Origin: Spirochaetia bacterium
Lineage (GTDB): Bacteria > Spirochaetota > Spirochaetia > SZUA-6 > Bin103
Reading direction: 5' to 3'
DNA: 64,000 bases
NCBI GenBank assembly: GCA_965199955.1
Contig: CBDATQ010000002.1
Span: 544,001 to 608,000, forward strand
The notes under the pieces were generated by a model. That model made no database searches and was not told the origin of the DNA. It saw nothing but the letters and a program-made list of their open reading frames with translations. Positions 9,877 through 18,953 of this stretch are shown here, piece after piece. Numbering within the stretch: the stretch's first letter is position 1; the number at the start of each line of letters is the position of its first letter. Made by a program: the position numbers and the translations under genes.

Positions 9877-11183
9877 TGCCATGACCAGAACCCTATCAGC
9901 CCCGGCGCCATCTTGCGCGGCACCAGGTTGCCCTCGGCCCGCGCCACCATGATGGACGGACCCTCGTCGGTGAGCGCGGCGTACACGATGTTGCGGCTGT
10001 CCGGAGACCAGATCCGCGCGGCCTGACCGTACTGGTCGAACACGCGGATCACCGCCGCGAACTGCGGGGTGGGCACGAACGTATCGATGTCCACCGACGA
10101 TCGCCGCTCGCGGTCGTAGACGCGCAGTGCCAATACCAGGGTCTGGTCGCTGCCTTCGTTCAGCGACTGGATCGACGGGACGAAGTAGGCGACGCGCCTG
10201 GAGTCCGGGGACCAGAAGAACGCGAACACGTCGTCCTCCTCGAGCATCGTCCCGGCACCGGTCGCGACGTCGCGCAAGTGCAGCCGGCTGACGATCGATT
10301 CGACTTCCTGGCGGCGGGCGATGTAGCCGAGCGACGTGCCGTCGGGAGACCAGAGAAAGGTGACCGAGCCGCGGGCGGTGGCGATCAGCTCGCGACGATC
10401 CCGTTGCTCGGGGTGGGCGATGACCAGGTCGGTCTGGCCGCCGTCGGCGACAGTCGCCAGCACCACTCCCGAACCGTCGGGCGACCAGGCCGGGGTCTGG
10501 AACTCGGCGGGCTGAAGCGGAAGGCCGCTCTCGACCACGGCCGCGCCGACCTGCAGGAAGGACACCCGGCGGTCGGAGGTTCGGACCGACCCCGCGTGCA
10601 CGGTCACGCCGGTGCTGTCGGGCGCCCATGCCCAGAACAGCGGCCGGCCGGCGTCCAGCGTCTGCACCGGAGCGGCGCTGCCCGGCTGCCAGCTCAGAAG
10701 CAGGAAGCCCCCGCCGCCCGATCCGGCCGTCAGGAAGCTGAGCTGGCGGCTGTCGGGCGACCAGTAGAGATTGGCCGGCAGCCGTCCGCCGGTGGAGACG
10801 GCCCGCGCGTCGCTGCCGTCGGCGCGGGCGGTGAGCACGCGGCCGGACGTGCGGCCCTGGAACGAGTCTATTCCCACGAACGCCACCCGCTTGCCGTCCG
10901 GCGACCAGATCGGGGTCTGGTAGATGCGCGCGGCGCTCTCCGACTGCCCGGCGTCGGTGGTGATCTCCTTCGTGGCGCCGCCGGCCTGATTGGCCACATA
11001 GATGTTGGCGTCGATGCCCATGTAGACGATCTTTCCGGACTTGCGCTCCAGGGCTCCCATCAGCGAGCTCTGCTCGCTGGTGTCGGGCAGCCGGCAGTCG
11101 ACCAGCAGCGCGGCGCCGACCGCGGCGGCGATGAGGAGCGCGCCGCGAGCGACCGCCCTTCGTCTCATCGGTACACCCCTCAT
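9873..11183 (-). CDS. TolB/PD40-like beta-propeller lipoprotein, paralog 1
   Basis: Seven W(S/A)PD repeats; hydrophobic signal ending LLVDC; ATGA overlap with S41 stop. Confidence 0.85.
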   Translation of the reverse strand: MRGVPMRRRAVARGALLIAAAVGAALLVDCRLPDTSEQSSLMGALERKSGKIVYMGIDANIYVANQAGGATKEITTDAGQSESAARIYQTPIWSPDGKRVAFVGIDSFQGRTSGRVLTARADGSDARAVSTGGRLPANLYWSPDSRQLSFLTAGSGGGGFLLLSWQPGSAAPVQTLDAGRPLFWAWAPDSTGVTVHAGSVRTSDRRVSFLQVGAAVVESGLPLQPAEFQTPAWSPDGSGVVLATVADGGQTDLVIAHPEQRDRRELIATARGSVTFLWSPDGTSLGYIARRQEVESIVSRLHLRDVATGAGTMLEEDDVFAFFWSPDSRRVAYFVPSIQSLNEGSDQTLVLALRVYDRERRSSVDIDTFVPTPQFAAVIRVFDQYGQAARIWSPDSRNIVYAALTDEGPSIMVARAEGNLVPRKMAPGLIGFWSWQ

Positions 11184-12505
11184 CCGACGCCGCGCCGCAG
11201 CACGGTGAGCGCGGTGTTGCGGACCGGGTCGGTCTGCTCCGAGACCTCGTCCCAGTCCAGCGATGCCGGTACGTCCGGCCGCACTCCGTCGATGCCGACC
11301 TCGCGGCCGGACGGTGACTGGTAGGCGCTGGTCATGACGGTCAGGCGGGAGCCGTCCGGGAGCACGAAGTCGACGAAGCTCTCCACGTTGCCGGGCGTCC
11401 GCAGGCCGACCACGGTGGCGCGGCGGCGCGCCTGCAGGGCGGCGGCCAGAACCTCGGGCAGCCCCTCGGTGTCCGGTCCGACCAGCACCACCAGCGGCAC
11501 CGCCTGCGAACCGTTCAGGTCGTAGCCATCGACGGATATGAGCTGCGAGCCCTCGGCGGTGTAGATCTCACCATGGTCGCCGTCCGAGAACAGCGACAAC
11601 AGCGGCACCAGCGGCCACCGCAGGCCGCTGGCGATGCGCAGGTCCAGGATAATGCCGCCGATGTCCCCGGCTTCCGCGAGCGCCTCGAGGATGCGGACCG
11701 TCTCCGTGACCAGGGAGTCGGAGGAAACGCGCGGGAACAGCAGGTAGCCGACGCGGCCCGGATCCAGGATGCCGTACTGGAGCGGATTCAGCACCTCCGC
11801 GAGCTGCACGCGGCCGCGGATCACCTGCACGTCACGCGGCTCCCGGTCGACCGAGTTGACGCGCAGGATCACCGGCTGGTCGGCCGGTCCCCGGATGCGG
11901 GACACCGCATCCGGGCCCTCTTCCCGCCGCACCGGAATGCCGTTGACCGCCGTGACCGCCTCGTGGGGGCGCAGCCCGGATTGGTCGGCGGGAGATCCGG
12001 GCATCACCGACAGCAGGATGATGCGCGGCTCCGGGTTTTCGCGGTAGGCGACGTAGGCGCCGATCCCTTCATAGGCGGAAGGATCCTCCAGTTCTTGCTG
12101 GATGCGCTCCATGCGCGTCTCCCAGCGCGCGGCCAGCGGCGGCAGTTCGTCCAGCATCTGCCGGACCGTCGCCGGGAAGTCCTCGCGCGAAAGGAGGTTG
12201 ACGATCACCGGCCGGTATCGCTCGCGCAACTCGTTCCAGGCGACTCCGTGCAGGTCGCCGTACACGTAGTGGTCACGCAGCAGGGTCCATATCTCGTCGA
12301 AGGTGCGGATCTGCAGGGAGGTGATCTGTTCCCGCTGCTCGGTGGGGTCCAGCACGGGCGCGAGATCCGTGTCGTCCGCGAATTCGCGGGTGCAGGCGGC
12401 GAGGATCGACAGCGCGGCGATCATCGCCAGGACAAACGTCGCCGTTGCCGGCGTCGCCATTTCCGGCCCGACGGGGGCCGGCGCGTTCCACAGCCGGGTT
12501 CGCAT
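11180..12505 (-). CDS. S41-family peptidase homolog (Tricorn C1, PDZ, S41), lipoprotein, probably inactive
   Basis: ILAAC lipobox; FDEIWTLLRDHYVY..HGVAW; YEGIGA..GSPA..GL PDZ; GIILDLR; GVRPD. Catalytic motif reads TEGLPE. Start could be 12556, 12505 or 12460. Confidence 0.85.
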   Translation of the reverse strand: MRTRLWNAPAPVGPEMATPATATFVLAMIAALSILAACTREFADDTDLAPVLDPTEQREQITSLQIRTFDEIWTLLRDHYVYGDLHGVAWNELRERYRPVIVNLLSREDFPATVRQMLDELPPLAARWETRMERIQQELEDPSAYEGIGAYVAYRENPEPRIILLSVMPGSPADQSGLRPHEAVTAVNGIPVRREEGPDAVSRIRGPADQPVILRVNSVDREPRDVQVIRGRVQLAEVLNPLQYGILDPGRVGYLLFPRVSSDSLVTETVRILEALAEAGDIGGIILDLRIASGLRWPLVPLLSLFSDGDHGEIYTAEGSQLISVDGYDLNGSQAVPLVVLVGPDTEGLPEVLAAALQARRRATVVGLRTPGNVESFVDFVLPDGSRLTVMTSAYQSPSGREVGIDGVRPDVPASLDWDEVSEQTDPVRNTALTVLRRGVG

Positions 12506-12555
12506 AGAGGAGCGCCACCTTAGCATGGCCGCCCTGGCCGCGGTGCCGAGTTTCA

Positions 12556-12585
12556 TTGACAGCTTAGAAAAGCGGTCGATATATT
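12556..12585 (+). promoter_or_regulatory. sigma70 promoter for the ffh-rpsP operon
   Basis: TTGACA(12556-12561)-N18-TATATT(12580-12585) in an AT-rich patch. Confidence 0.6.
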
Positions 12586-12597
12586 GCCTCCCTGCGC

Positions 12598-13965
12598 ATG
12601 CGCACCAGCCTGAGTTCCCGCCTGATCGACGTGTTGCGCAACGTCACCACGCGCAAGCAACTCACGGAACGCAACATTCGCGACGCCGTCAACGAGATCA
12701 GGAACGCCTTGCTCGAAGCTGATGTGAATGTGCGCGTGGTCCGTCGCTTCGTCAACCGGACGGTTGAAGCGGCGATCGGCGATCAGCGCGTGTCGGGCGT
12801 ATCGGCCGCCGACCAATTCACGCGTACGGTGCACCAGCGTCTTACCGACATGCTTGGCGGCGGCGACACCGGGCTCGAACTGCGCGACCTGAAGCCGCCC
12901 GCGAGGATTCTCATGGTGGGTCTGCAGGGTTCGGGGAAGACCACCACCGCCGCCAAGCTGGCTCGGCGTCTGGCCGCCGACGGCCGACGGCCGCTGTTGA
13001 TCGCCGCCGATCGCGCGCGGCCGGCGGCTGTCGAGCAGTTGGAGCTCCTGGGGCGCACGATCGGTGTCGATGTCTACACTGCCGCCGGCCTCCGCGGGGC
13101 CGATGGCGCCGCCAAGGTGACCCGTGAGGGGCTCCGGCACGCTCAACAGGGCGGGCACGACACGGTGATCGTGGATACGTCGGGCCGCAGCCAGGCAGAC
13201 GAAAACCTGATGCGGGAACTCGAGCAGGTGCGGTCGGTGCTGGAGCCCGACCGCACCCTGCTGGTCGCCGACGCCATGACCGGGCAGGCCGCGGCCACGG
13301 TGGCCGGCGGCTTCGAGGAACGCATCGGCATCACCGGCGTCATCCTGTCCAAGACCGACTCGGATGCGCGGGGCGGAGCGGCCCTGTCGATGAAGGGAGT
13401 CACCGGCAAGCCGGTGTGCTTTATCGGCACCGGGGAGAGGCTGGAGGATCTGGAGCCGTTTCACGCGGAACGGTTCGCGGGACAGATCCTGGGGATGGGT
13501 GACGTCGTCAGCCTGGTGGAGAAGGCCGAGCAGGTGATCGATCAGCAGCAGGCGGAACGGACGCTGCGGCGCGTACGTTCGAACACGCTGACGCTGGCCG
13601 ACTACCTGGAGCAGATCCGCGGCTTGCGCAAGATGGGGAACCTGGATGCGCTGATCGACAAGATCCCCGGCGCGCGCGCGGCCATGGCGGAGGGCGCGAT
13701 CGACGAGCAGGTGCTGCGCACGGAAGAGGCCATGATATTGTCGATGACCCCGGCCGAGCGCGATAATCACCGCATCTTGGGTCCGTCACGGCGGCGCAGG
13801 GTGGCGCGCGGAAGCGGCACGACCGTGCTGGCGGTCAGCCGCTTCCTGAAGAAATTCGACAAGATGTCAGCGGCCATGCGAAAGATGGCGCGCGGCGGCG
13901 GCGGCGCCGGTGGCGGGGTGAAGCCCGCCCGTGCCACCCGCGGCGGCAAGCGCTTCCGCCGCTGA
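12598..13965 (+). CDS. ffh: Signal recognition particle protein Ffh
   Basis: ALLEADV, GLQGSGKTT, DTSGR, DAMTGQ, GGAALS, RVARGSG M-domain. Confidence 0.96.
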   Translation: MRTSLSSRLIDVLRNVTTRKQLTERNIRDAVNEIRNALLEADVNVRVVRRFVNRTVEAAIGDQRVSGVSAADQFTRTVHQRLTDMLGGGDTGLELRDLKPPARILMVGLQGSGKTTTAAKLARRLAADGRRPLLIAADRARPAAVEQLELLGRTIGVDVYTAAGLRGADGAAKVTREGLRHAQQGGHDTVIVDTSGRSQADENLMRELEQVRSVLEPDRTLLVADAMTGQAAATVAGGFEERIGITGVILSKTDSDARGGAALSMKGVTGKPVCFIGTGERLEDLEPFHAERFAGQILGMGDVVSLVEKAEQVIDQQQAERTLRRVRSNTLTLADYLEQIRGLRKMGNLDALIDKIPGARAAMAEGAIDEQVLRTEEAMILSMTPAERDNHRILGPSRRRRVARGSGTTVLAVSRFLKKFDKMSAAMRKMARGGGGAGGGVKPARATRGGKRFRR

Positions 13966-13991
13966 CGCGGACACCACACAGGAGCGAACAG

Positions 13992-14309
13992 ATGAGCGTA
14001 GCGATCCGGCTCAAGCGACACGGTACGAGAAACCGTCCGTTCTACCGAATCGTCGTGATGGACTCGCGGCGGCCGCGAGACGGCAGGGTGATCGAGGAGC
14101 TCGGTCGCTATCAGCCGACCGAGCCCGAAGGCACGCAGGCCAGCCTCGACGAGGCGCGCGTGCGGGAGTGGATGGGCAAGGGCGCCCGGACATCGGCGAC
14201 CGTCCGACGCATTCTCAACCGTCAGGCCCGCGGACAGTCCGCTGGCGCTGGCGGGGAGTCCGCTGGTGAGGAGATCGGAGACGGATCGGCCCCGGCATCC
14301 GCAGAGTGA
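13992..14309 (+). CDS. rpsP: 30S ribosomal protein S16
   Basis: IRLKRHG..RPFYRIVVMDSR.PRDGR.IE.LG.Y; AGGAG SD. Confidence 0.97.
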   Translation: MSVAIRLKRHGTRNRPFYRIVVMDSRRPRDGRVIEELGRYQPTEPEGTQASLDEARVREWMGKGARTSATVRRILNRQARGQSAGAGGESAGEEIGDGSAPASAE

Positions 14310-14356
14310 CATGCCGCACGTGTGACGGGCCACGGAGCGAACGGTGGAGGTGAACG

Positions 14357-14590
14357 ATGGAAAAGGAGTTGGTCGAGTTCGTCGCTCGCGCACTGGTAGA
14401 CGAGCCTGACGGCGTCGAGGTCACCGTGGTCGAAGGCGAGAAGTCGACCATTGTGGAGTTGAAGGTGGCCGATGGCGACTTGGGCAAGGTCATCGGCAAG
14501 CAGGGCCGGATCGCCAAGGCGATCCGTACCATTCTAAGCGCCGCCGGCACCAAGACCGGCAAGCGGGTCGTGCTCGAAATCATAGACTGA
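14357..14590 (+). CDS. khpA: KH-domain RNA-binding protein
   Basis: [18 protein letters not shown]; lies between rpsP and rimM; GGAGGT SD. Confidence 0.93.
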   Translation: MEKELVEFVARALVDEPDGVEVTVVEGEKSTIVELKVADGDLGKVIGKQGRIAKAIRTILSAAGTKTGKRVVLEIID

Positions 14591-14594
14591 AGCC

Positions 14595-15149
14595 ATGGAC
14601 GGGCAGGCCGCTCGGAGCGGTACGGCCGCTCGGAGCGCACCGCAGGACGGACGGATAGCGGTGGGCCGCATCCGGCGGGCGCACGGCGTGCAGGGATTCG
14701 TCCGTTTCGAGAGCCTCTCGGGCGAGATCGATCATTTCCCGGCGATGCACGAGGTGGAGCTGCGAGGCCGTGGACGGCTGCCGCGGCGCTACGATGTGGA
14801 GTCGTTCCGTCTGTCCGGGCCGACGCTGCTGATGAAGCTGGAAGGGGTGGACGACCGGGACGCGGCCGCGAAGATCGCTGGGCGGGAAATCTGGGTGGAG
14901 CGCCGCCATGCGGCGCCGCTGGGTCCCGATGAGTTCTACCTGGCCGATCTGACCGGATGCGAGGTCCGCCAGGACGGCCGGCCGATCGGCACCGTGCGAT
15001 CGGTGCTGGAGGCGGGTGCCGGCGATGTGCTGGAGGCGGTCCGTGACGACGGCCGCACCGTGCTGGTTCCCTTTCGGCGACAGTACGTGCGATCAGCCGA
15101 CACCGTCGCCGGCGTCATCGAGCTCGCCAGCGACGCGGTCATCGAATGA
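14595..15149 (+). CDS. rimM: Ribosome maturation factor RimM
   Basis: VGRIRRAHGVQG, EFYLADLTGC, VLVPF; operon context. Confidence 0.94.
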   Translation: MDGQAARSGTAARSAPQDGRIAVGRIRRAHGVQGFVRFESLSGEIDHFPAMHEVELRGRGRLPRRYDVESFRLSGPTLLMKLEGVDDRDAAAKIAGREIWVERRHAAPLGPDEFYLADLTGCEVRQDGRPIGTVRSVLEAGAGDVLEAVRDDGRTVLVPFRRQYVRSADTVAGVIELASDAVIE

Positions 15150-15844
15150 CGTTCACGGTCCTGACGCTTTTCCCGGAGCTGCTGACCCCGTTCGTGGCGA
15201 CATCCATCGTCGGCCGCGCCGTCGAGCGCGGCCTTATCGATGTCCAGACCGTCGACATCCGCGACTACGCCCACGACCCGCACCGTACCTGCGACGACAG
15301 TCCCTACGGTGGAGGCGCGGGGATGGTGTTGAAGCCGGAGCCGGTCAGCCGCGCGATAGAATCGGTGGTGAGACGGCGCACGGTAAGGCCACGTGCCGTT
15401 CACCTCACCGCCGCAGGCTTGCCGTTCGATCGCGATCTGGCGCGCCGTTGGGCGGCGGAGGGGCGGGAGTTGCTGCTCGTGGCCGGCCGCTACGAGGGGA
15501 TCGACCAGCGCGTGGTCGATCTGTTCGTCGAGGATGAGGTGTCGATCGGAGACTACGTGCTGATCGGCGGCGAGGTGGCGGCGATGGCGGTCATCGAGGC
15601 CGTGGCGCGGCTGGTCCCCGGGGTGATCCAGGCGGACTCGCTCGCGGAAGAGAGCTTCGAGGGCGACGTTCTCGAATATCCTCAGTACACTAGACCTCCG
15701 GTGTTCCGCGGCGTGCCGGTGCCGCCGGTACTGCTGTCCGGAGACCACGCACGGATCAGGGAGTGGCGCCGCCGGCAGGCGGCCCAGCGTACGGCCCGCC
15801 TGCGTCCGGACCTGCTACGAAGGAGCGAACGATGGAGCAACTGA
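15146..15844 (+). CDS. trmD: tRNA (guanine37-N1)-methyltransferase
   Basis: [44 protein letters not shown]. Confidence 0.97.
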   Translation: MTFTVLTLFPELLTPFVATSIVGRAVERGLIDVQTVDIRDYAHDPHRTCDDSPYGGGAGMVLKPEPVSRAIESVVRRRTVRPRAVHLTAAGLPFDRDLARRWAAEGRELLLVAGRYEGIDQRVVDLFVEDEVSIGDYVLIGGEVAAMAVIEAVARLVPGVIQADSLAEESFEGDVLEYPQYTRPPVFRGVPVPPVLLSGDHARIREWRRRQAAQRTARLRPDLLRRSERWSN

Positions 15845-16188
15845 TACGGGATGTCGAGACCGACCAGACGCGGTCTCATGCAACGGAATTCGGAGTCGGC
15901 GACTCGGTGCGGATCCATTTCAAGATCATCGAGGGCAAGACCGAACGGACCCAGGTGTTCGAAGGAACCTGCATCGCTCGCAAGGGCTCGGGCGTCAGTT
16001 CGACGTTCACCGTCCGCAAGATCTCCTACGGCGTCGGCGTGGAGCGGGTGTTCCCGCTGCACTCGCCCAAGATCGCCAGGATCGAGGTGTCGCGCCGGGG
16101 CCGCGTGCGCCGCGCGAAGCTCTTCTACCTGCGCGATCGGGTTGGCAAGGCAGCGAAGGTGCCGGAGCGCCGGATCCGCAAGCGCTAG
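15832..16188 (+). CDS. rplS: 50S ribosomal protein L19
   Basis: [39 protein letters not shown]. Confidence 0.97.
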   Translation: MEQLIRDVETDQTRSHATEFGVGDSVRIHFKIIEGKTERTQVFEGTCIARKGSGVSSTFTVRKISYGVGVERVFPLHSPKIARIEVSRRGRVRRAKLFYLRDRVGKAAKVPERRIRKR

Positions 16189-16247
16189 GAGTCTGTCGAT
16201 TTGCCGCGCAAGCGGGAAGGCCGCGCGGCGGGGAGCCGACAGACTCC
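16188..16247. repeat. 11-bp perfect inverted repeat (hairpin or MITE-like remnant)
   Basis: GGAGTCTGTCG (16188-16198) and CGACAGACTCC (16237-16247), directly after the rplS stop in CTAG. Confidence 0.55.
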
Positions 16248-16381
16248 GACGCGGAAGGTGGGGATGGGCCAGAAGCGGAGCCGAAGGCGACGGTTTTGAG
16301 GCGATAGGAGCCCCGTCGGACGCCTCGGGGTCGACTTGAAGCGATAGCGCGAAACCCGCGCTTCAATGTTGACGATACTGT

Positions 16382-16825
16382 ATGCAGACATCGGTAGTAC
16401 CGATGGACGGCGCGGCTCGGAGGGCGTCCGAGCCGCGCCGATCACATCGACAGGACCGGGTGAGCAGTGTCCAGAAGGGTAGAATCGGTGAACGTCAGGC
16501 CGCCGCATACCTCCGGGAGCGCGGCTACCGCATCGTTGAGCGCAATGTTCGCATGCGGGTGGGAGAGATCGACCTGGTCGCATGCCGCGGCGACAGCGTC
16601 GTGTTCGTCGAAGTCAAGGCTTGGGGCAGCTTCGGCGCCGCCGATCTGGCGGCCGTGGTGAACGACCGCAAGCGGCTGCGCATCGTCCGCACGGCGGCGG
16701 CGCTTCTGGCCCGGAGCCCGAGCTTGCAGCGGTTCCGGCCGCGGTTCGACATCCTGCTCTTGCGCTCCGGACAGCCGCCGCTGCATATCGAGTCGGCATT
16801 CGGCGCCGACGGGGAACCCCTGTGA
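16382..16825 (+). CDS. YraN (UPF0102) family putative endonuclease; true start may be later
   Basis: GRIGE..AA.YL..GY.I.ERN, GEIDLV, VFVEVK, RFDI. Confidence 0.9.
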   Translation: MQTSVVPMDGAARRASEPRRSHRQDRVSSVQKGRIGERQAAAYLRERGYRIVERNVRMRVGEIDLVACRGDSVVFVEVKAWGSFGAADLAAVVNDRKRLRIVRTAAALLARSPSLQRFRPRFDILLLRSGQPPLHIESAFGADGEPL

Positions 16826-17118
16826 CGCCGTCCGGCCGCAGGCGCCGCCGCGCCCTGCGCCGCGTGGTCAAGGCGTTCCCGATCGTGTGGTACCGCTCGC
16901 GCCTGCGGCGGCGCCAGCCAAGATTCGGGCTGGACAGGAACGGGCTCCGGTACGTGCCCGCCGGGCTGCAGCCGTTGGCCCATCGCGGCGCGTCCCGCAC
17001 GTTGGCCCGGCGCGTCGAGTTACGCAGCAAGATCAGGGACCGAAGGTACCTGGAGCGGGCCATCCGCTATCTGGCGCAGCTCCTGACCGAAGACGCGCCG
17101 CGCAAGAATCGCCGGTGA
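16822..17118 (+). CDS. Hypothetical Arg-rich protein (98 aa)
   Basis: GTGA overlaps on both sides suggest translational coupling; no motif recognised. Confidence 0.5.
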   Translation: MTPSGRRRRRALRRVVKAFPIVWYRSRLRRRQPRFGLDRNGLRYVPAGLQPLAHRGASRTLARRVELRSKIRDRRYLERAIRYLAQLLTEDAPRKNRR

Positions 17119-17417
17119 ATCCGCCTCCGCCGCGTTGTCCGCTCTGTTCGGAGCCGGTGGACGACCTGATGCTTGCGCTGGCGCATCCCGAAACCGAGGC
17201 CCCGGCTCACTTCGAGTGCGTGTTGAGCGCGATCCGTGAGGGCGAACAGCTCGAGCCCGGCGAGCAAATCTGCTACGTCGGCGGCGGCGTGTTCGCCATC
17301 GTGCGGGCCGGACGCGGGCGGCGCAGCGCCAGGATCCGCAAGCGCATTCCGTACGAGTCGGAAACCACGCCTCCGCAGTGGCGCAGCGATCAGGTGCGCC
17401 GCATACCGAGTACCTGA
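17115..17417 (+). CDS. Hypothetical protein with CxxC...HxxC putative Zn-binding motif
   Basis: CPLC...PAHFECV...YVGGG.FAIV, resembling conserved spirochaete hypotheticals near rplS. Confidence 0.75.
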   Translation: MNPPPPRCPLCSEPVDDLMLALAHPETEAPAHFECVLSAIREGEQLEPGEQICYVGGGVFAIVRAGRGRRSARIRKRIPYESETTPPQWRSDQVRRIPST

Positions 17418-17487
17418 GCGAGCCTGGCCTTACTCCTTCGGGCGAGGGCCGATCACCCGTCTCCCGGCAGGGGGACGGAGCGCGGCG

Positions 17488-17517
17488 TTGACAACCATGC
17501 CACGTTAGCAATAGCTT
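17488..17517 (+). promoter_or_regulatory. sigma70 promoter for rpmF-acpP-rnc
   Basis: TTGACA(17488-17493)-N18-TAGCTT(17512-17517). Confidence 0.55.
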
Positions 17518-17534
17518 CCCGGCACAGGACTGAG

Positions 17535-17723
17535 ATGGCTGTACCCGCACGCAAGACCTCCAAGGCCCGCAGCCGGCGCCGACGCGCCGTCAACATGCGG
17601 ATCAAGGCACCGTCTATCGTCGAGTGCGGCACGTGCGGCAATCGGGTCCTGCTGCACCGGGTGTGCTCCAAGTGCGGGCATTATCGCGGAAAGCCGGTGC
17701 TGGAAACGGCGGAAATCGCCTGA
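17535..17723 (+). CDS. rpmF: 50S ribosomal protein L32
   Basis: MAVP.RKTSKAR, CGTCG..HRVC.KCG.Y.G. Confidence 0.97.
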   Translation: MAVPARKTSKARSRRRRAVNMRIKAPSIVECGTCGNRVLLHRVCSKCGHYRGKPVLETAEIA

Positions 17724-17752
17724 CCCCACCCTTCCCTGGAGGCGATGCGAAC

Positions 17753-17992
17753 ATGGACGCTGAACTCTTCGAAAAGATGAAAAAGCTGATCGCGGATCGG
17801 CTGGAGATCGAGGAGGACAAGATCACGCTCGAGTCCTCGTTTCGGCAGGATCTCGGTGCCGACAGTCTGGACACGTACGAGCTCGTCTATGCGATAGAGG
17901 AAGAGCTCGGCATCACGATCCCCGACGAGAAGGCGAACGAGTTCGAGACCGTGAAGGACGCGCTGGCTTACATCGAGTCGCAGATCAAGTAG
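17753..17992 (+). CDS. acpP: Acyl carrier protein
   Basis: DLGADSLD phosphopantetheine site; acidic 79 aa; GGAGG SD. Confidence 0.97.
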   Translation: MDAELFEKMKKLIADRLEIEEDKITLESSFRQDLGADSLDTYELVYAIEEELGITIPDEKANEFETVKDALAYIESQIK

Positions 17993-18086
17993 CTTCTCGC
18001 GGCGGCGGAGTGCCCCTCGGTGGATTACGGTGGGTGCCTCGCTCACGGTCACGCCCCTCCGCCGGGTTGATGGCAGCGCCGGGCTG

Positions 18087-18953
18087 ATGGCCCGCAAGCT
18101 CGTGCCGGCACTCGGAGGCGGCTTCAAGGTCCTGCGTGGTGAGTGGCACATTGCGCGCCGTGGTCGTAGGCCGGGGAGCGCTGGACCGGACGCCGATCTC
18201 AGATCGGTGTCTCCCGCCCGGCGGTTCGAGTTGCGTTCCCTGCAGCGTGGCATCGGCGTCCGTTTTCGTGACGAGCGCCTGTTGAATCTTGCGCTCTGCC
18301 ACCGTTCGCATGCCGCCGAAGCGCGCGTGGCCAGCAACGAGAGGCTGGAGTTCCTGGGGGATGCCGTACTCGGCCTAGTGGTCAGCCAGTGGCTGTACCG
18401 CCGGCTGGAGGGGAAGCCCGAAGGGGACTTGGCACGTGTGAAGTCGGTCGTGGTGAGCGAGGAGAGCTTGGCTCAGATCGCCAGACAGCTCTCCCTGGAC
18501 CGCTACCTGCTTCTGGGCCGTGGAGAGGAGCGGTCAGGCGGACGCGGCAAGAGCGCCCTGCTGGCGGACGCACTGGAAGCGCTGATCGGTGCATGCTTCC
18601 TGGACTCCGGGCTGCACGCCGCCGAGCGGTTTGTCGAGCGTGTCTTCGCCGAAGAGATCGAGAACGTGATCGCCGGCCGCCACCGCCAGGACTACAAGAC
18701 GCTGCTCCAGGAGCTCTCCCAGAGGCGCTTTCGCGCCTTTCCCAAATATCGGGTCACCGAGCGGCGGGGCCCCGACCACGACCAGGTGTTCTCGATGGAC
18801 GTGGTCGTCGCCGGGCGACCGTATGGCCCGGCGGAGGGCAAGAGCAAGAAGCAGGCCGAACAGCGAGTCGCCCGCATCGCCTACGCGCAGCTCGTCGCGG
18901 CGGAGGCTTCTTCCGACGAGTCAGGCGCTGGGGGATCTGCCGCCTCGTCCTGA
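18087..18953 (+). CDS. rnc: Ribonuclease III (start uncertain; GTG 18207 also plausible)
   Basis: NERLEFLGDAVL signature, ADALEALIGA, dsRBD DYKTLLQE..GKSKKQAEQ. Confidence 0.96.
   Translation: MARKLVPALGGGFKVLRGEWHIARRGRRPGSAGPDADLRSVSPARRFELRSLQRGIGVRFRDERLLNLALCHRSHAAEARVASNERLEFLGDAVLGLVVSQWLYRRLEGKPEGDLARVKSVVVSEESLAQIARQLSLDRYLLLGRGEERSGGRGKSALLADALEALIGACFLDSGLHAAERFVERVFAEEIENVIAGRHRQDYKTLLQELSQRRFRAFPKYRVTERRGPDHDQVFSMDVVVAGRPYGPAEGKSKKQAEQRVARIAYAQLVAAEASSDESGAGGSAASS

Noticed and set aside
16189..16381. SRP RNA or 6S RNA near the ffh operon
   Set aside because: No SRP domain IV consensus and no single long rod with central bubble was evident; kept only as an unassigned structured region.
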